This document shows, one piece after another, positions 9,520 to 19,672 of a stretch of 64,000 nt of DNA (position 1 is the stretch's first letter; each line of letters opens with the position of its first letter). The notes under the pieces were generated by a model, which was not told the origin of the DNA, made no database searches, and saw nothing but the letters and a program-made list of their open reading frames with translations. Source of the stretch: Nannocystis bainbridge (GTDB lineage: Bacteria; Myxococcota_A; Polyangia; Nannocystales; Nannocystaceae); assembly GCF_028368995.1 (NCBI RefSeq), contig NZ_JAQNDL010000001.1, positions 2,784,001-2,848,000 on the forward strand. The letters are read 5' to 3'. The position numbers and the translations under genes were made by a program.

Positions 9520-10815
9520 GTGCCTCTCGCGCGCAGCGTCTGCCTGGTCCTCGCCCTGCTCGCGGGCCCCGTGCGCGCGGCGCCGGCCGATTCGGACCTG
9601 AGCGGATCGTTCGACATCGACACCGCGGTGCTCGTCGCCCTCGAGCGCAGCCCGGGCCTGCAGGCGGCGGCCCACCGGATCCGCGCAGCCCTGCACCTGG
9701 CCGAGGCCGAGCGCCGGCCCGAGGCCACGCGCCTCACCTTCGACATCTGGCAGGTCCCGCTGGCCCGGCCGTGGGCGTGGAACGAGTCGCCGATGGTCAT
9801 GCTCGGCCTGCGCCAGCCGGTCCCGGCGGCGGGCAGCCTCAAGCTGCGCTCGGCGGCCCGCCGCAAGGACGCCGACGCCGACACCGCCTCCCGCGACGCC
9901 GTCGCCCAGGACCTCGCCACCGCGGTGCGTCACGCCTTCATCGACTACGCCGCCGCGATCGCGCGCCACGGCGTCCATCTCGAGCACCAGCGGGTCAGCG
10001 AGCACGTGCTCGGCCTCGCCAGGGCCCGCCAGGTCGTCGGCGGCACGCTCCTCGAGATCGCCCGCGCCGAGACCGAGGTCGCCCGCGCCCGCGCCGACGT
10101 CGCCACCGACGCCACCGCCGCCCAGGCCGCGCGCACCCGCCTCAACACGCTGATGGCCCGCGACGCCGACGCCCCGCTCGGCGCCCCGCAGGACCCGGTC
10201 GCGGCCACCGTCGCCGTCGACGCCCGCGGCCTCATCGCCGACGCCCAGCGCGGCCGCCCCGAGACCCGCGCCGCCGACGCTCGCCGCGAGGCCGCCGCCC
10301 TCGACCTGCGCGCCAGCAAGCGCGAGGCCAACCTGCCGAGCGCGATGCTCGGCGTCGCCTACTTCCCCGCCACCCGGCCGATGCCGATGCACGGCTACGG
10401 CCTGATGATCGACCTCCAGCTGCCCTGGCTCTCGGGACAGGCGCGCAAGCGCAGGGACGCCCAGGCCGAGCTCAGCGCCGCGGCGTCCCGCGACGTCGCG
10501 CAGGTCAAGCTGGGCATCGCCGGCGAGGTCTCGGGCGCGCTCGCGACCGTGCAGAGCGCGTCGGAGCGCTACCAGGCGCTCGTGCGCGAGGCCGGGCCCG
10601 CCAGCGCCCGCGCCCGCGGGGTCGCCCTCACCGGCTACGAGTCCGGCCGCGGCGACTTCTCGGCTCTGCTCGCCGCCGAGGCCGTGCACGTCGAGGTGGC
10701 GATGGACGTCATCGCCGCCAAGTCCGACCTCGACCACGCCCTCATCGACCTCGACCGCGCCGTCGGCTCCCCGGTCGCCCGCCGCCCGCTGGTCCCCGGC
10801 CCCGCCGACCGCTGA
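9520..10815 (+). CDS. TolC-family outer-membrane efflux protein (CusC/CzcC-like)
   Basis: Signal peptide, helical OEP repeats, YESGRGDFSALL motif; lies upstream of an MFP and an RND gene. Confidence 0.85.
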   Translation: MPLARSVCLVLALLAGPVRAAPADSDLSGSFDIDTAVLVALERSPGLQAAAHRIRAALHLAEAERRPEATRLTFDIWQVPLARPWAWNESPMVMLGLRQPVPAAGSLKLRSAARRKDADADTASRDAVAQDLATAVRHAFIDYAAAIARHGVHLEHQRVSEHVLGLARARQVVGGTLLEIARAETEVARARADVATDATAAQAARTRLNTLMARDADAPLGAPQDPVAATVAVDARGLIADAQRGRPETRAADARREAAALDLRASKREANLPSAMLGVAYFPATRPMPMHGYGLMIDLQLPWLSGQARKRRDAQAELSAAASRDVAQVKLGIAGEVSGALATVQSASERYQALVREAGPASARARGVALTGYESGRGDFSALLAAEAVHVEVAMDVIAAKSDLDHALIDLDRAVGSPVARRPLVPGPADR

Positions 10816-11084
10816 ACCTGTCCCGAAGACCACAATCACCTGTCCCGAAGACCATCCGCGAAATCCGCCCGCCCCAGCAAGGTCCATCCCCGCCGCGCCT
10901 CACACCTGAGCCAGCCGTCCCGTCAACCGATCCGGACGCATCGCGCCTCACACCCGTCCCCGAGACCAGCCCTTCGCTCCCACGACCCGTCGCCCGCCCG
11001 ACCCTCCGCGTCCGCCCACCTGTCCCCGAGACCAGCCCGCTCCTCTACCTGTCTCCGAGACCAGCCACCTCTCAAGGACTCCCC

Positions 11085-12506
11085 GTGCCCCACCCTCACG
11101 ACCCCGAGAACCTGCGCGAAGGCGCCGAGGCCCCGCCGCCTGGCGTCGCCGTGATGGCGGGCGTGCGCTGGCTGCTCCTGCTCGGCACCCTCGCGGCGGC
11201 CTGCTTCTCCTGGTGGTCGTACGCCAGCGCCGAGCCGGCCGCGGTCCAGCACGCCCCGCGCTACCGCTGCCCGATGCACCCGCAGATCACGGCTCATGAG
11301 CCGGGCGAGTGCCCGATCTGCCACATGGCGCTCGAGCCGATCGCCGACGAACCGCCCGAGACCGTCTACCGCTGCCCGATGCACCCGCAGATCCAGCAGG
11401 CCGAGCCTGGCGACTGCCCGATCTGCGGCATGGACCTCGAGCCCGTCGCCGCCGCCGACGTGGCTGTCTCTCCGGACATGCCCGCAGGGACAGCCGCGAT
11501 CACCCTCGGCCTCGACCGCCTGCAGGCGATCGGCGCCCGCGTCGTCGTCGCTGGCGAGCACGAGTTCGCGGGCGAGCTGCGCAGCGCCGCCCTGACCGAG
11601 TTCTCCGAGGACGGGGCCGCGCGGGTCCACGTGCGCGCGGCCGGCTTCATCGAGCGCATCGCCGTCGCCGAGACCGGGGTGCGGGTGCGCAAGGGTCAGG
11701 TGCTGGCGGAGTACTACAGCCCGGAGATCTATCAAGCCCAGGCCGAGCTGGTGGCGGCGCGCGGGTGGTCGGGGCCGGTGGTCGAGGCGGCCCGCCAGCG
11801 GCTCGAGCTGCTCGGCCTCTCGACCGCCGCGATCGACCGGGTCGTCAGGACCGGCAAGCCCGACCGCACCACCCCGGTGGTCGCGCCCGCGAGCGGCGTC
11901 GTGGTCGCCCGCGCCGCCGTGCTCGGCGCCTACGTGCGCCCCGAGGAGCCGCTCTACGAGCTGCGCGAGGACCACGCGCTCTATCTGGTCGCCGAGCTGC
12001 CGGCCGCGCGCGCCGTGTCCGTCAGGACAGGAACCAAGGGACATGTCCGATTCACCAGCCGGCCCGAGCAGGGCCGCGACGTCGCGGTCGACCTGGTCTA
12101 CCCGAGCGTCGCCGCCGACAGCCGCAGCGTCCGCGTGCGCATGCCGCTGACCAACGACGACCGCGCGCTGGTGGCCGGCATGCCGGCGACCGTGAGCTTC
12201 GCGCTGGCGGGCGAGACCGGCGTGGCCGTGCCGCGCGACGCGATCGTCGACGCCGGCGCGCAGCCCTACGTGTTCGTCGACGCCGGCGGCGGCCGCCTGG
12301 TCCCGCGCCCCGTCGTGCTCGGCGGGCGCGACGCCGAGTTCGTGCGCGTGCGCGAGGGCGTGAGCGCCGGCGAGCGCGTGGTCGCCGGCGCGACCTTCCT
12401 CGTCGACGCCGAGAGCCGCCTGCGCGCCGCGCTGATCCCCGCCGCTGCGCAGCCCACCGCCGCGCACGCCGACCCGCACGCGCAGCACGCCGGCCACGCC
12501 CCGTAG
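11085..12506 (+). CDS. cusB: Heavy-metal RND periplasmic adaptor with two YxCPMHP metal-binding domains
   Basis: GTG at 11085 after AAGGA; YRCPMHPQI x2, GFIERI, YSPEIYQAQAE, FLVDAESRL, His-rich tail. Confidence 0.88.
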   Translation: MPHPHDPENLREGAEAPPPGVAVMAGVRWLLLLGTLAAACFSWWSYASAEPAAVQHAPRYRCPMHPQITAHEPGECPICHMALEPIADEPPETVYRCPMHPQIQQAEPGDCPICGMDLEPVAAADVAVSPDMPAGTAAITLGLDRLQAIGARVVVAGEHEFAGELRSAALTEFSEDGAARVHVRAAGFIERIAVAETGVRVRKGQVLAEYYSPEIYQAQAELVAARGWSGPVVEAARQRLELLGLSTAAIDRVVRTGKPDRTTPVVAPASGVVVARAAVLGAYVRPEEPLYELREDHALYLVAELPAARAVSVRTGTKGHVRFTSRPEQGRDVAVDLVYPSVAADSRSVRVRMPLTNDDRALVAGMPATVSFALAGETGVAVPRDAIVDAGAQPYVFVDAGGGRLVPRPVVLGGRDAEFVRVREGVSAGERVVAGATFLVDAESRLRAALIPAAAQPTAAHADPHAQHAGHAP

Positions 12507-12524
12507 CCCTTTCCTCGAGCCGCC

Positions 12525-15500
12525 ATGATCACCGCCATCGGCAAGCTGATCGACGCCTGCGCGCACCACCGCGGCCTCGTGATCATGGCCTACCTCGTGC
12601 TCGGCTGGCTGGCCCTGCGCGCCCTGGAGCGCGTCCCGATCGACGCCGTGCCGGACCTCTCCGATCCGCAGGTCATCGTCTTCACCGAGTGGCGCGGGCG
12701 CTCGCCGACATTGGTCGAGGACCAGGTCACCTACCCGCTCACCGCCTCCTTGCTGGCCGCCCCCGGCGTCGAGGCCGTGCGCGGCTACTCGATGTTCGGC
12801 ATGTCCTTCGTCCACGTCCTGTTCGCCGAGGACGTCGACGTCTACTGGGCCCGCTCGCGGGTGCAAGAGTACCTGGCCGGCATCGGCCCGCGCCTGCCCG
12901 AGGGCGCCAGCGTCACTCTCGGGCCCGACGCCACCGGCATCGGCTGGGTGTTCGAGTACGCCCTGGTCGATCGCACGGGTCAGCACGACCTCGCCGAGCT
13001 GCGCGCCCTCCAGGACTTCGAGCTGCGCTACGCGCTCGAGAGCGTCCAGGGCGTCGCCCAGGTCGCCAGCGTCGGCGGCTACGAGCGCCAGTTCCAGGTC
13101 CAGCTCGACCTCGAGCGCCTGCGCGCCCACGGCCTCGGCGTCGCCGACGTCGCCGACGCCGTGCGCAGGACCTCGGGCGAGTCGTCGGGGCGGATCCTGG
13201 AGCTCGGCGGGCGCGAGGCCTTCGTGCGCGGCCGCGGTTACTTGCAGGACCTCGCCGGCCTCGAGTCGGCTGTCCTCAAGGCCAGCCCCGAACTCGGCGC
13301 CCCGCTGCGGCTCGGCGACGTCGCCGACGTCCGGTTCGGCCCCGACATCCGCCGCGGCCTGGCCGAGCTCGACGGCCAGGGCGAGGTCGTCGGCGCCATC
13401 GTCGTCGCGCGCTACGGCGTCAACGCCCGCGACGTCATCGAGCGCGTCAAGGCCCGCCTCGACGAGGTCGCCGCCGGCCTGCCGCCGGGCGTCGAGGTCG
13501 TCACCACCTACGACCGCAGCGGCCTCATCGACCGCGCGATCGACACCCTCAAGGCCGCGCTGGTCGAGGAGGGCGTCGTCGTCGCCCTGGTGATCTTGCT
13601 GTTCCTCCTCCACGTGCGCAGCGCTCTGCTGCCGATCGTCGGCCTACCGCTGGCGGTGCTGCTGGCGTTCTTGCCGATGGCCTGGCTCGGGATCCCCGCC
13701 ACCATCATGAGCCTCGGCGGGATCGCCATCGCCATCGGCGCCACCGTCGACGCCGAGATCGTCATGGTCGAGGCCTGCCACAAGCGGCTCGAACATGCCC
13801 CCAAGGACATGTCCGAAGAGCAACGCCGCAGCCTGCTCGCCGAGGCCGCGCGCGAGGTCACCCCCGCGATCTTCTTCTCCCTGCTGATCATCGCCGTCGC
13901 CTTCATCCCGGTGTTCGGGCTCGAGGGTCAGGCCGGGCGCCTGTTCAAGCCGCTCGCCTACACCAAGACCTTCGTCATGCTGGCGGCCGCGCTGCTCAGC
14001 GTCACCCTCGCGCCGGCCCTGCGCGACCTGCTGGTGCGCGGCAAGATCTACAGCGAGCAGCGCCACCCGATCTCGCGCCTCATCCGCGCCGTCTACGAGC
14101 CGTTCGTCTACGTCGCCCTCCGCAAGCCGCGGACCACCCTGGCGATCGGCCTGTTCGCGGTGCTGTCGGCGATCCCCGTGTTCATGCGGCTCGGCAGCGA
14201 GTTCATGCCGGCGCTGAACGAGGGCGACATCCTCTACATGCCGACCACCTTCCCCGGCCTCTCGATCGAGGAGGCCAAGCGGCAGCTCGCGCGCCAGGAC
14301 GCCCGGCTCGCCGCGTTCCCGGAGGTCGAGCGGGTGTTCGGCAAGGTCGGGCGGGCCGAGACCGCGACCGACCCTGCGCCGCTCAGCATGGTCGAGACCG
14401 TGGTGATGTTGCGGCCGCCGGAGCAGTGGCCGAAGGTCACGCGCGAGCGCTGGTGGAGCGGCTGGGCCCCGTCGGTCCTGCGCGGCCCGCTGACGCGGGT
14501 CTGGCCCGAGGAGACGCCCGAGACCTGGGACGAGCTGGTGGCCAAGCTGTCGGCCGACCTGCAGATGCCGGGCTGGACGCAGGCCTTCACCATGCCGATC
14601 CGGGCCCGCGTCGACATGCTCACCACCGGCGTGCGCACCCCTGTCGGCGTCAAGGTGTTCGGCCGCGACCTGCCCGCGATCGAGGCCGCCGGGGCCCGCG
14701 TCGAGGCCATCCTGCGCGACCTCCCCGGCACGCGCAGCATCCTCTACGAGCGCTCGCTCGGCGGCGTCTACGTCGACATCGTCCCGCGCCGCGACGACCT
14801 CGCCCGCCACGGCCTGCAGGTCGCCGATCTCGGTGAATTCGTCGACCTCGCGATCGGCGGCGAGCCGATCGCCGCCACCATCGACGGTCGGCGCCGCTAC
14901 ACCGTGCAGCTGCGGATCGCCGAGGACCTGCGCGGCGACCTCGACCGCCTGCGCGAGCTCCCGGTCGCCGTGCCTGGGCCCGCGAGCGCCGTCACCCGCA
15001 CCGTGCCGCTGGCCGAGGTCGCCGACGTCGCGCTCGCCGAGGGCCCGCCGATGCTGCGCAGCGAGGCCGGCCTGCTCGTCGGCTACGTCTACGTCGACAT
15101 CGAGCCGTGGCGCGACCTCGGCGGCTACGTCAGCGACGCCCGCGCCCGCGTCGACGCCGCGCTCGCCTCGGGGGAGCTCGTCCTCGGCCCCGGGATGTAC
15201 CTGAAGTGGACCGGCCAGTACGAGCAGATGCAGGCCATGGAGGCGCGGATGCGGGTCCTCATCCCCCTCGCCCTCGCGCTGGTGGCCCTGCTGTTGTGGC
15301 TGCAGTTCCGCGACCTCACCGAGGTCCTCATCGTCCTGCTGTCGATCCCGTTCGCCCTGGTCGGCAGCGCCTGGCTGCTCTGGTGGCTCGACTACCGGCT
15401 CTCGACCGCCGTGTGGGTCGGCATCATCGCCCTCGTCGGCCTCGCCGCGCAGACCGGCGTCGTGATGATCGTCTACATCGACCAGGCCTTCTATCGGCGG

Positions 15501-15815
15501 CTGCGGGCCGGCAAGATCCGCGACCTCGACGACATCATCTGGGCCCACATGGAGGGCACCGTCCAGCGGGTCCGCCCCAAGTTGATGACGGTCGCCTCCA
15601 TGATGTTGGGGCTCGTGCCGCTGCTGTGGGCCACCGGCAGCGGCGCCGACGTGATGAAGCGGATCGCGGCGCCGATGGTCGGCGGCCTGGTGTCCAGCGC
15701 CTTCCTGACCCTCGAGCTGATCCCCGTCGTCTACACTTACTGGCGTTACGCACAGCTCCGCCGGTCTCAACGGACAGGTCGCCCGCTGGCCGAGATCTGC
15801 GGACTGCCCCCCTGA
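12525..15815 (+). CDS. cusA: CusA/CzcA-family heavy-metal RND permease (Cu/Ag type)
   Basis: DAVPDLSDPQVI, GPDATGIGW, GSEFMPALNEGDILYMP, ATDPAPLSMVET, RVRPKLMT. Confidence 0.93.
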   Translation: MITAIGKLIDACAHHRGLVIMAYLVLGWLALRALERVPIDAVPDLSDPQVIVFTEWRGRSPTLVEDQVTYPLTASLLAAPGVEAVRGYSMFGMSFVHVLFAEDVDVYWARSRVQEYLAGIGPRLPEGASVTLGPDATGIGWVFEYALVDRTGQHDLAELRALQDFELRYALESVQGVAQVASVGGYERQFQVQLDLERLRAHGLGVADVADAVRRTSGESSGRILELGGREAFVRGRGYLQDLAGLESAVLKASPELGAPLRLGDVADVRFGPDIRRGLAELDGQGEVVGAIVVARYGVNARDVIERVKARLDEVAAGLPPGVEVVTTYDRSGLIDRAIDTLKAALVEEGVVVALVILLFLLHVRSALLPIVGLPLAVLLAFLPMAWLGIPATIMSLGGIAIAIGATVDAEIVMVEACHKRLEHAPKDMSEEQRRSLLAEAAREVTPAIFFSLLIIAVAFIPVFGLEGQAGRLFKPLAYTKTFVMLAAALLSVTLAPALRDLLVRGKIYSEQRHPISRLIRAVYEPFVYVALRKPRTTLAIGLFAVLSAIPVFMRLGSEFMPALNEGDILYMPTTFPGLSIEEAKRQLARQDARLAAFPEVERVFGKVGRAETATDPAPLSMVETVVMLRPPEQWPKVTRERWWSGWAPSVLRGPLTRVWPEETPETWDELVAKLSADLQMPGWTQAFTMPIRARVDMLTTGVRTPVGVKVFGRDLPAIEAAGARVEAILRDLPGTRSILYERSLGGVYVDIVPRRDDLARHGLQVADLGEFVDLAIGGEPIAATIDGRRRYTVQLRIAEDLRGDLDRLRELPVAVPGPASAVTRTVPLAEVADVALAEGPPMLRSEAGLLVGYVYVDIEPWRDLGGYVSDARARVDAALASGELVLGPGMYLKWTGQYEQMQAMEARMRVLIPLALALVALLLWLQFRDLTEVLIVLLSIPFALVGSAWLLWWLDYRLSTAVWVGIIALVGLAAQTGVVMIVYIDQAFYRRLRAGKIRDLDDIIWAHMEGTVQRVRPKLMTVASMMLGLVPLLWATGSGADVMKRIAAPMVGGLVSSAFLTLELIPVVYTYWRYAQLRRSQRTGRPLAEICGLPP

Positions 15816-15941
15816 GCGCGCAGACCCCCGTACGCATGCGAAGGCGCGCAAAATTGCCCGCGCGCCCCGCCCCGGCGGCTCTGGCGCCGCCTACACGTGG
15901 GCGTGATCCGTCGCTGACGATTTTTCGCTACAGTCATTGAA

Positions 15942-17390
15942 GTGCCGACGGCCATCACGGACGGAGCAGGCTCCGCTCCTGTGGCGAGACGTTCGCCTGC
16001 GTCCGCCTCGCTCGGCGACGCACGGATCCGCCAGATCCGCCTCGCCATCATGGCCTTCGTCGGGCTGACCACGACCCTCGTGGGCGCGGCGATCCTGAGC
16101 ACCGCCGGGCCCGAGCAGGACTGGGACCGGCTGTCCGGGGTCGTCTACGTCGTCATCGCCGCGTTCTGCTTCGCCACCTGCTCGCTGACCCGCACCAAGC
16201 TGACCCGCACCTCCGAGCTGATGATGCTCGGCACCGCGTACGGCGGCACCGCCGGGGTCGTCATCACCAGCAAGCCCGACACCGCCCTGCTGGCCGGGGT
16301 CGCCGCCCTGACCCTCGTCGTGTTCCTGCCCGGCATCGCCATCCGCACCCGCGGCCGCTCCGGCATCGCCCACATCGTCACCATCAGCGCGGTCTACATC
16401 GTCAGCGTGATCGCCCGCCTGGTCCTGCGCGAGGACGAGACCGCGACCCAGTTCGGCGACATCGCCATCAAGCTGCTGGTGCCCCCGACCGCTTTCTGGC
16501 TGCAGTGGTTGATGGCGCGCGCCCTCAACCAGCGGATCATGGAGGCGCTGGCCGAGAGCGAGCGCGCGCGCAACGCCCTGGCGGTCTCCAACCAGCTGCT
16601 CGAGCTGACCAACCGCAGCCTCGAGGCCGCGCGCATCGACGCCGAGCGGGCCCGCGACGGCGCCGAGACGGCCAACCGGGCCAAGAGCGCCTTCCTGGCC
16701 AACATGAGCCACGAGCTGCGGACCCCGCTCAACTCGGTCATCGGCTACACCGAGATGATCATCGACGAGGCCCGCGAGGACCGCCAGCGCCCGATCAGCG
16801 GGGTCCTGCCCGACCTGCGCAACGTCGTCCTGGCGGCCAAGCACCTGCTCGGCCTCATCGGCGGCGTGCTCGACCTCTCGAAGATCGAGGCCGGCCGCAT
16901 GGAGCTGGTCCCCGAACAATTCGACCTCGACGAGTTCGTCCGCGAGGTCGAGCAGACCATCTTGCCCGCGGTGCGCCGGCGCAACAACCAGCTGCACGTC
17001 CAGTGCGACGGCGAGATCGGCTGGATCGTCACCGACCGCGGCAAGCTCAAGCAGGTGCTGCTCAACCTGCTCGGCAACTCGGCCAAGTTCACCAGCGAGG
17101 GCCAGATCTTCCTCCGCGCCCGCCGCGAGCCCGCCCGCCTGGTGTTCGAGGTCCGCGACACCGGCATCGGCATCGACCCGTCCAAGCTGAACCTCATCTT
17201 CGAGAAGTTCACCCAGATCGACGCCACCTCGACCCGCCGCTACGAGGGCGCCGGCCTCGGCCTCGCCATCACCCGCGAGCTGTGCACGATGATGGGCGGC
17301 ACGATCGCCGTCACCAGCGCGATCGGCGACGGCACCGCCTTCACCGTCGTCATGCCGACCCATCCGACCCTGCCCGACCGCGCGACATGA
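15942..17390 (+). CDS. Membrane sensor histidine kinase
   Basis: 5-6 TM segments; H-box [15 protein letters not shown]-box [22 protein letters not shown]. Confidence 0.92.
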   Translation: MPTAITDGAGSAPVARRSPASASLGDARIRQIRLAIMAFVGLTTTLVGAAILSTAGPEQDWDRLSGVVYVVIAAFCFATCSLTRTKLTRTSELMMLGTAYGGTAGVVITSKPDTALLAGVAALTLVVFLPGIAIRTRGRSGIAHIVTISAVYIVSVIARLVLREDETATQFGDIAIKLLVPPTAFWLQWLMARALNQRIMEALAESERARNALAVSNQLLELTNRSLEAARIDAERARDGAETANRAKSAFLANMSHELRTPLNSVIGYTEMIIDEAREDRQRPISGVLPDLRNVVLAAKHLLGLIGGVLDLSKIEAGRMELVPEQFDLDEFVREVEQTILPAVRRRNNQLHVQCDGEIGWIVTDRGKLKQVLLNLLGNSAKFTSEGQIFLRARREPARLVFEVRDTGIGIDPSKLNLIFEKFTQIDATSTRRYEGAGLGLAITRELCTMMGGTIAVTSAIGDGTAFTVVMPTHPTLPDRAT

Positions 17391-17391
17391 C

Positions 17392-17489
17392 CCGCCTTTG
17401 GGACATGTCCTCGCGGGCATGTCCCATACGACATATCGCCTCATGCCTTTTCCTTGCGACATGTCCCCTGGAACATGTCCCTACGCCGG
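17392..17489. repeat. Intergenic cluster of 14-bp units in register
   Basis: CA(T) junctions at 17404, 17418, 17432, 17460 and 17474 (offsets are multiples of 14). Confidence 0.85.
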
Positions 17490-17568
17490 CCCCGGACCCG
17501 TCGCTCGTCCGGCTTCATCGGGCTTGTGAGCCGCCCGCCCGCGCTGATATGCCGGGACGACCCCCCGT

Positions 17569-19410
17569 ATGTCCTGGCTAGCGATCGACCCCGCCCCCAT
17601 CACGCGCCGCGAGCCCGTCCCCGGCGCGCCGAGCCTGCAGATCTTCGCCGGCAAGCCGCACGCGCTGGCGTTCCTGGCCGACGGCACCCTCGTCGTCGGC
17701 GGCAGCCGCGAGCTCACCACGCACGATCCATCGGCGCCCACCCCTCCGCGCGCCGCCTTCGACCTCGGCGGCGGCGTCGAGTGGATGACCGCCCACCCCG
17801 ACGGCGTCTCGGTAATCGCCGCGGTCCGCAGCTCGCGCGGCAGCGCCGTCGTGCGCGTCTGGCCGGCCACCGGCGAGCTCGTCCGCCTGTTCACCGAGCC
17901 CAGCTTCGGCTGGGTGTTCACCGCCAACCTCTCGCCCGACGGTGCGCAGCTGGTCTGGCGTCGCAACGGCGTCCCGCCGAGCCTGTGCACCGTCGACCTC
18001 GCGACCGGCGCGCAGGTCCGCGAGCTCGAGCTGCCGCTGGAGCTCAACGGCGCCTCCACCCTCGCCGTGCGCCCCGACGGCGCGGTCTACATCGCCGGCG
18101 CCGGCCGCAGCGGGCAGCTCGTTCACCCGGACGGCCAGGTCGAAGGGATCCCCGTGTTCGACAGCTTCTCCGCCCCGTTCTTCGCCACCGGCGGGACCGT
18201 GCTCACCATCGACGGCAAGCGGTTCGGCCTCGTCGACGGCAAGCTCGACTCCTTCGCGGGCCTGTCGCAGGGCGCCCGCCAGGCCAGCATCACCTTCGAC
18301 CGGCGCCACCTCGCCTTCCACATGCCGCTGCGCCACGTGCAGGTGTGGGACGTGACGGCGCGCTGCGTGATCTTCACCGCCGAGCAGCGCGGCGCCAACG
18401 GCACGACCCCGTGGTGGCGCGGCCAGTCGGCGGCCGCCGGGGCGACGCACGTGGCGGCGATCCAGCACCTGGACGCGAGCGTGGAGATCTGGCGCATCGA
18501 CCAGCCAGGCGAGCCGAGCGCGCGGCTGCACGGCTACAGCCAGGGCGCACGCCGCCTGCAGTTCCACGGCGGCGCGCTGACGGCCCATACGCTGCAGCCG
18601 GCCAACACCCACCCCGCGGTGATGGAGATCGATCTGCAGAGCGGCGCCGCGCAGCTGCTGAGGGAGCGGCGCGTCCACGACATGGTCCGCACCGCCGACG
18701 GCCAGCGCATGCTCGTCCTCCACGAGGAGGAGGCCGGCGGTTCGTCGGTCACCCACTTCGACGCCGCCGGCGAGCCGCGCGAAAATTTTCCGGTGCAGAA
18801 GGCCGCGGCCGAGCTGGCGCTGGCGCCCAACGCCAGCACCTGGGCCGTCACCTCGCACACCTGGGCCAGCAGCGCCGACCCCACCGTGCACGCCCAGTGG
18901 CGCGCCTTCGGGGCCGCGAAGTGGGCCAAGACCATCAAGGCCCGCAGCTACTTCCACGCCCTCGACCTGGGCGACACCGCGGCCGCCGTCATGATCGGCC
19001 CCGAGCTCACCGTCGTCGCCCTCGGCAAGAGCAAGCCCCTCCTGACCGTCACGATCGCCGACACCGTGCGCGACCTGGCCCTCAGCCGCGACGGCGCCCA
19101 CGTCGGCCTCGCCTGCGACGACAAATCCCGCCTCGTCCACGTCGCCTCCGGCGTCGTCACCGAGCTCCCGCACGGCGTCCCCGGCGAGCGCCAGTGGCCC
19201 AAGTGCGTCTGCTTCGACGACCGCGGCGTGTGGCTGTTCTTCGGCTTCCCCTCCGGCGCGATCACCCAGCACCGCGTCCTCACCGGCGCCCTCGTCGCCA
19301 CCCACCACGCCCACACCGACGAGGTCCGCGCCCTCGCCTGGCACGACGGCAGCCTGTGGAGCAGCGGCGAAGACGGCACGATCCTCCGCTGGGGCGACCT
19401 CGGCGGATAG
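17569..19410 (+). CDS. WD40/beta-propeller repeat protein
   Basis: C-terminal AHTDEVRALAW...SSGEDGTILRW and repeated SPDG/VWD motifs. Confidence 0.8.
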   Translation: MSWLAIDPAPITRREPVPGAPSLQIFAGKPHALAFLADGTLVVGGSRELTTHDPSAPTPPRAAFDLGGGVEWMTAHPDGVSVIAAVRSSRGSAVVRVWPATGELVRLFTEPSFGWVFTANLSPDGAQLVWRRNGVPPSLCTVDLATGAQVRELELPLELNGASTLAVRPDGAVYIAGAGRSGQLVHPDGQVEGIPVFDSFSAPFFATGGTVLTIDGKRFGLVDGKLDSFAGLSQGARQASITFDRRHLAFHMPLRHVQVWDVTARCVIFTAEQRGANGTTPWWRGQSAAAGATHVAAIQHLDASVEIWRIDQPGEPSARLHGYSQGARRLQFHGGALTAHTLQPANTHPAVMEIDLQSGAAQLLRERRVHDMVRTADGQRMLVLHEEEAGGSSVTHFDAAGEPRENFPVQKAAAELALAPNASTWAVTSHTWASSADPTVHAQWRAFGAAKWAKTIKARSYFHALDLGDTAAAVMIGPELTVVALGKSKPLLTVTIADTVRDLALSRDGAHVGLACDDKSRLVHVASGVVTELPHGVPGERQWPKCVCFDDRGVWLFFGFPSGAITQHRVLTGALVATHHAHTDEVRALAWHDGSLWSSGEDGTILRWGDLGG

Positions 19411-19411
19411 C

Positions 19412-19508
19412 GGCTCGATCGCACATGTCCCTGTGGACATTCCTCAAAAGACATGTCTCTAGAGACATCTCGGTCCCAGGCGCGACGTCACGCGTGTCCT
19501 GGAGGACA
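19412..19508. repeat. Intergenic cluster of 14-bp units
   Basis: TGTCCCTGTGGACA TTCCTCAAAAGACA TGTCTCTAGAGACA (19426-19467) and TGTCCTGGAGGACA (19495-19508). Confidence 0.85.
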
Positions 19509-19672
19509 TGTCCGGTCCCGCCCGCCGATTCGTCCGTCACCGGCCGTCCGGCGTGACGGTCCGGCCGCCCCCGCGACCAGGCTCACACCGAGCGCCGCCG
19601 CCCGGCTGCGTCGCCGCGCCGCACGCTGCGATCGCCCCTGAAAGCCCCGCCGGTTTTCGGTACACCCTCGCC

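Noticed and set aside
9507-11084. 999-aa ORF as one protein
   Set aside because: The N-terminal half is an Arg/Pro-rich shadow frame overlapping the TolC gene; real coding starts at about 11085.
10923-15851. Long antisense ORFs opposite cusA, and similar ones elsewhere
   Set aside because: These are the expected by-product of extreme GC3 bias and carry no recognisable motifs.
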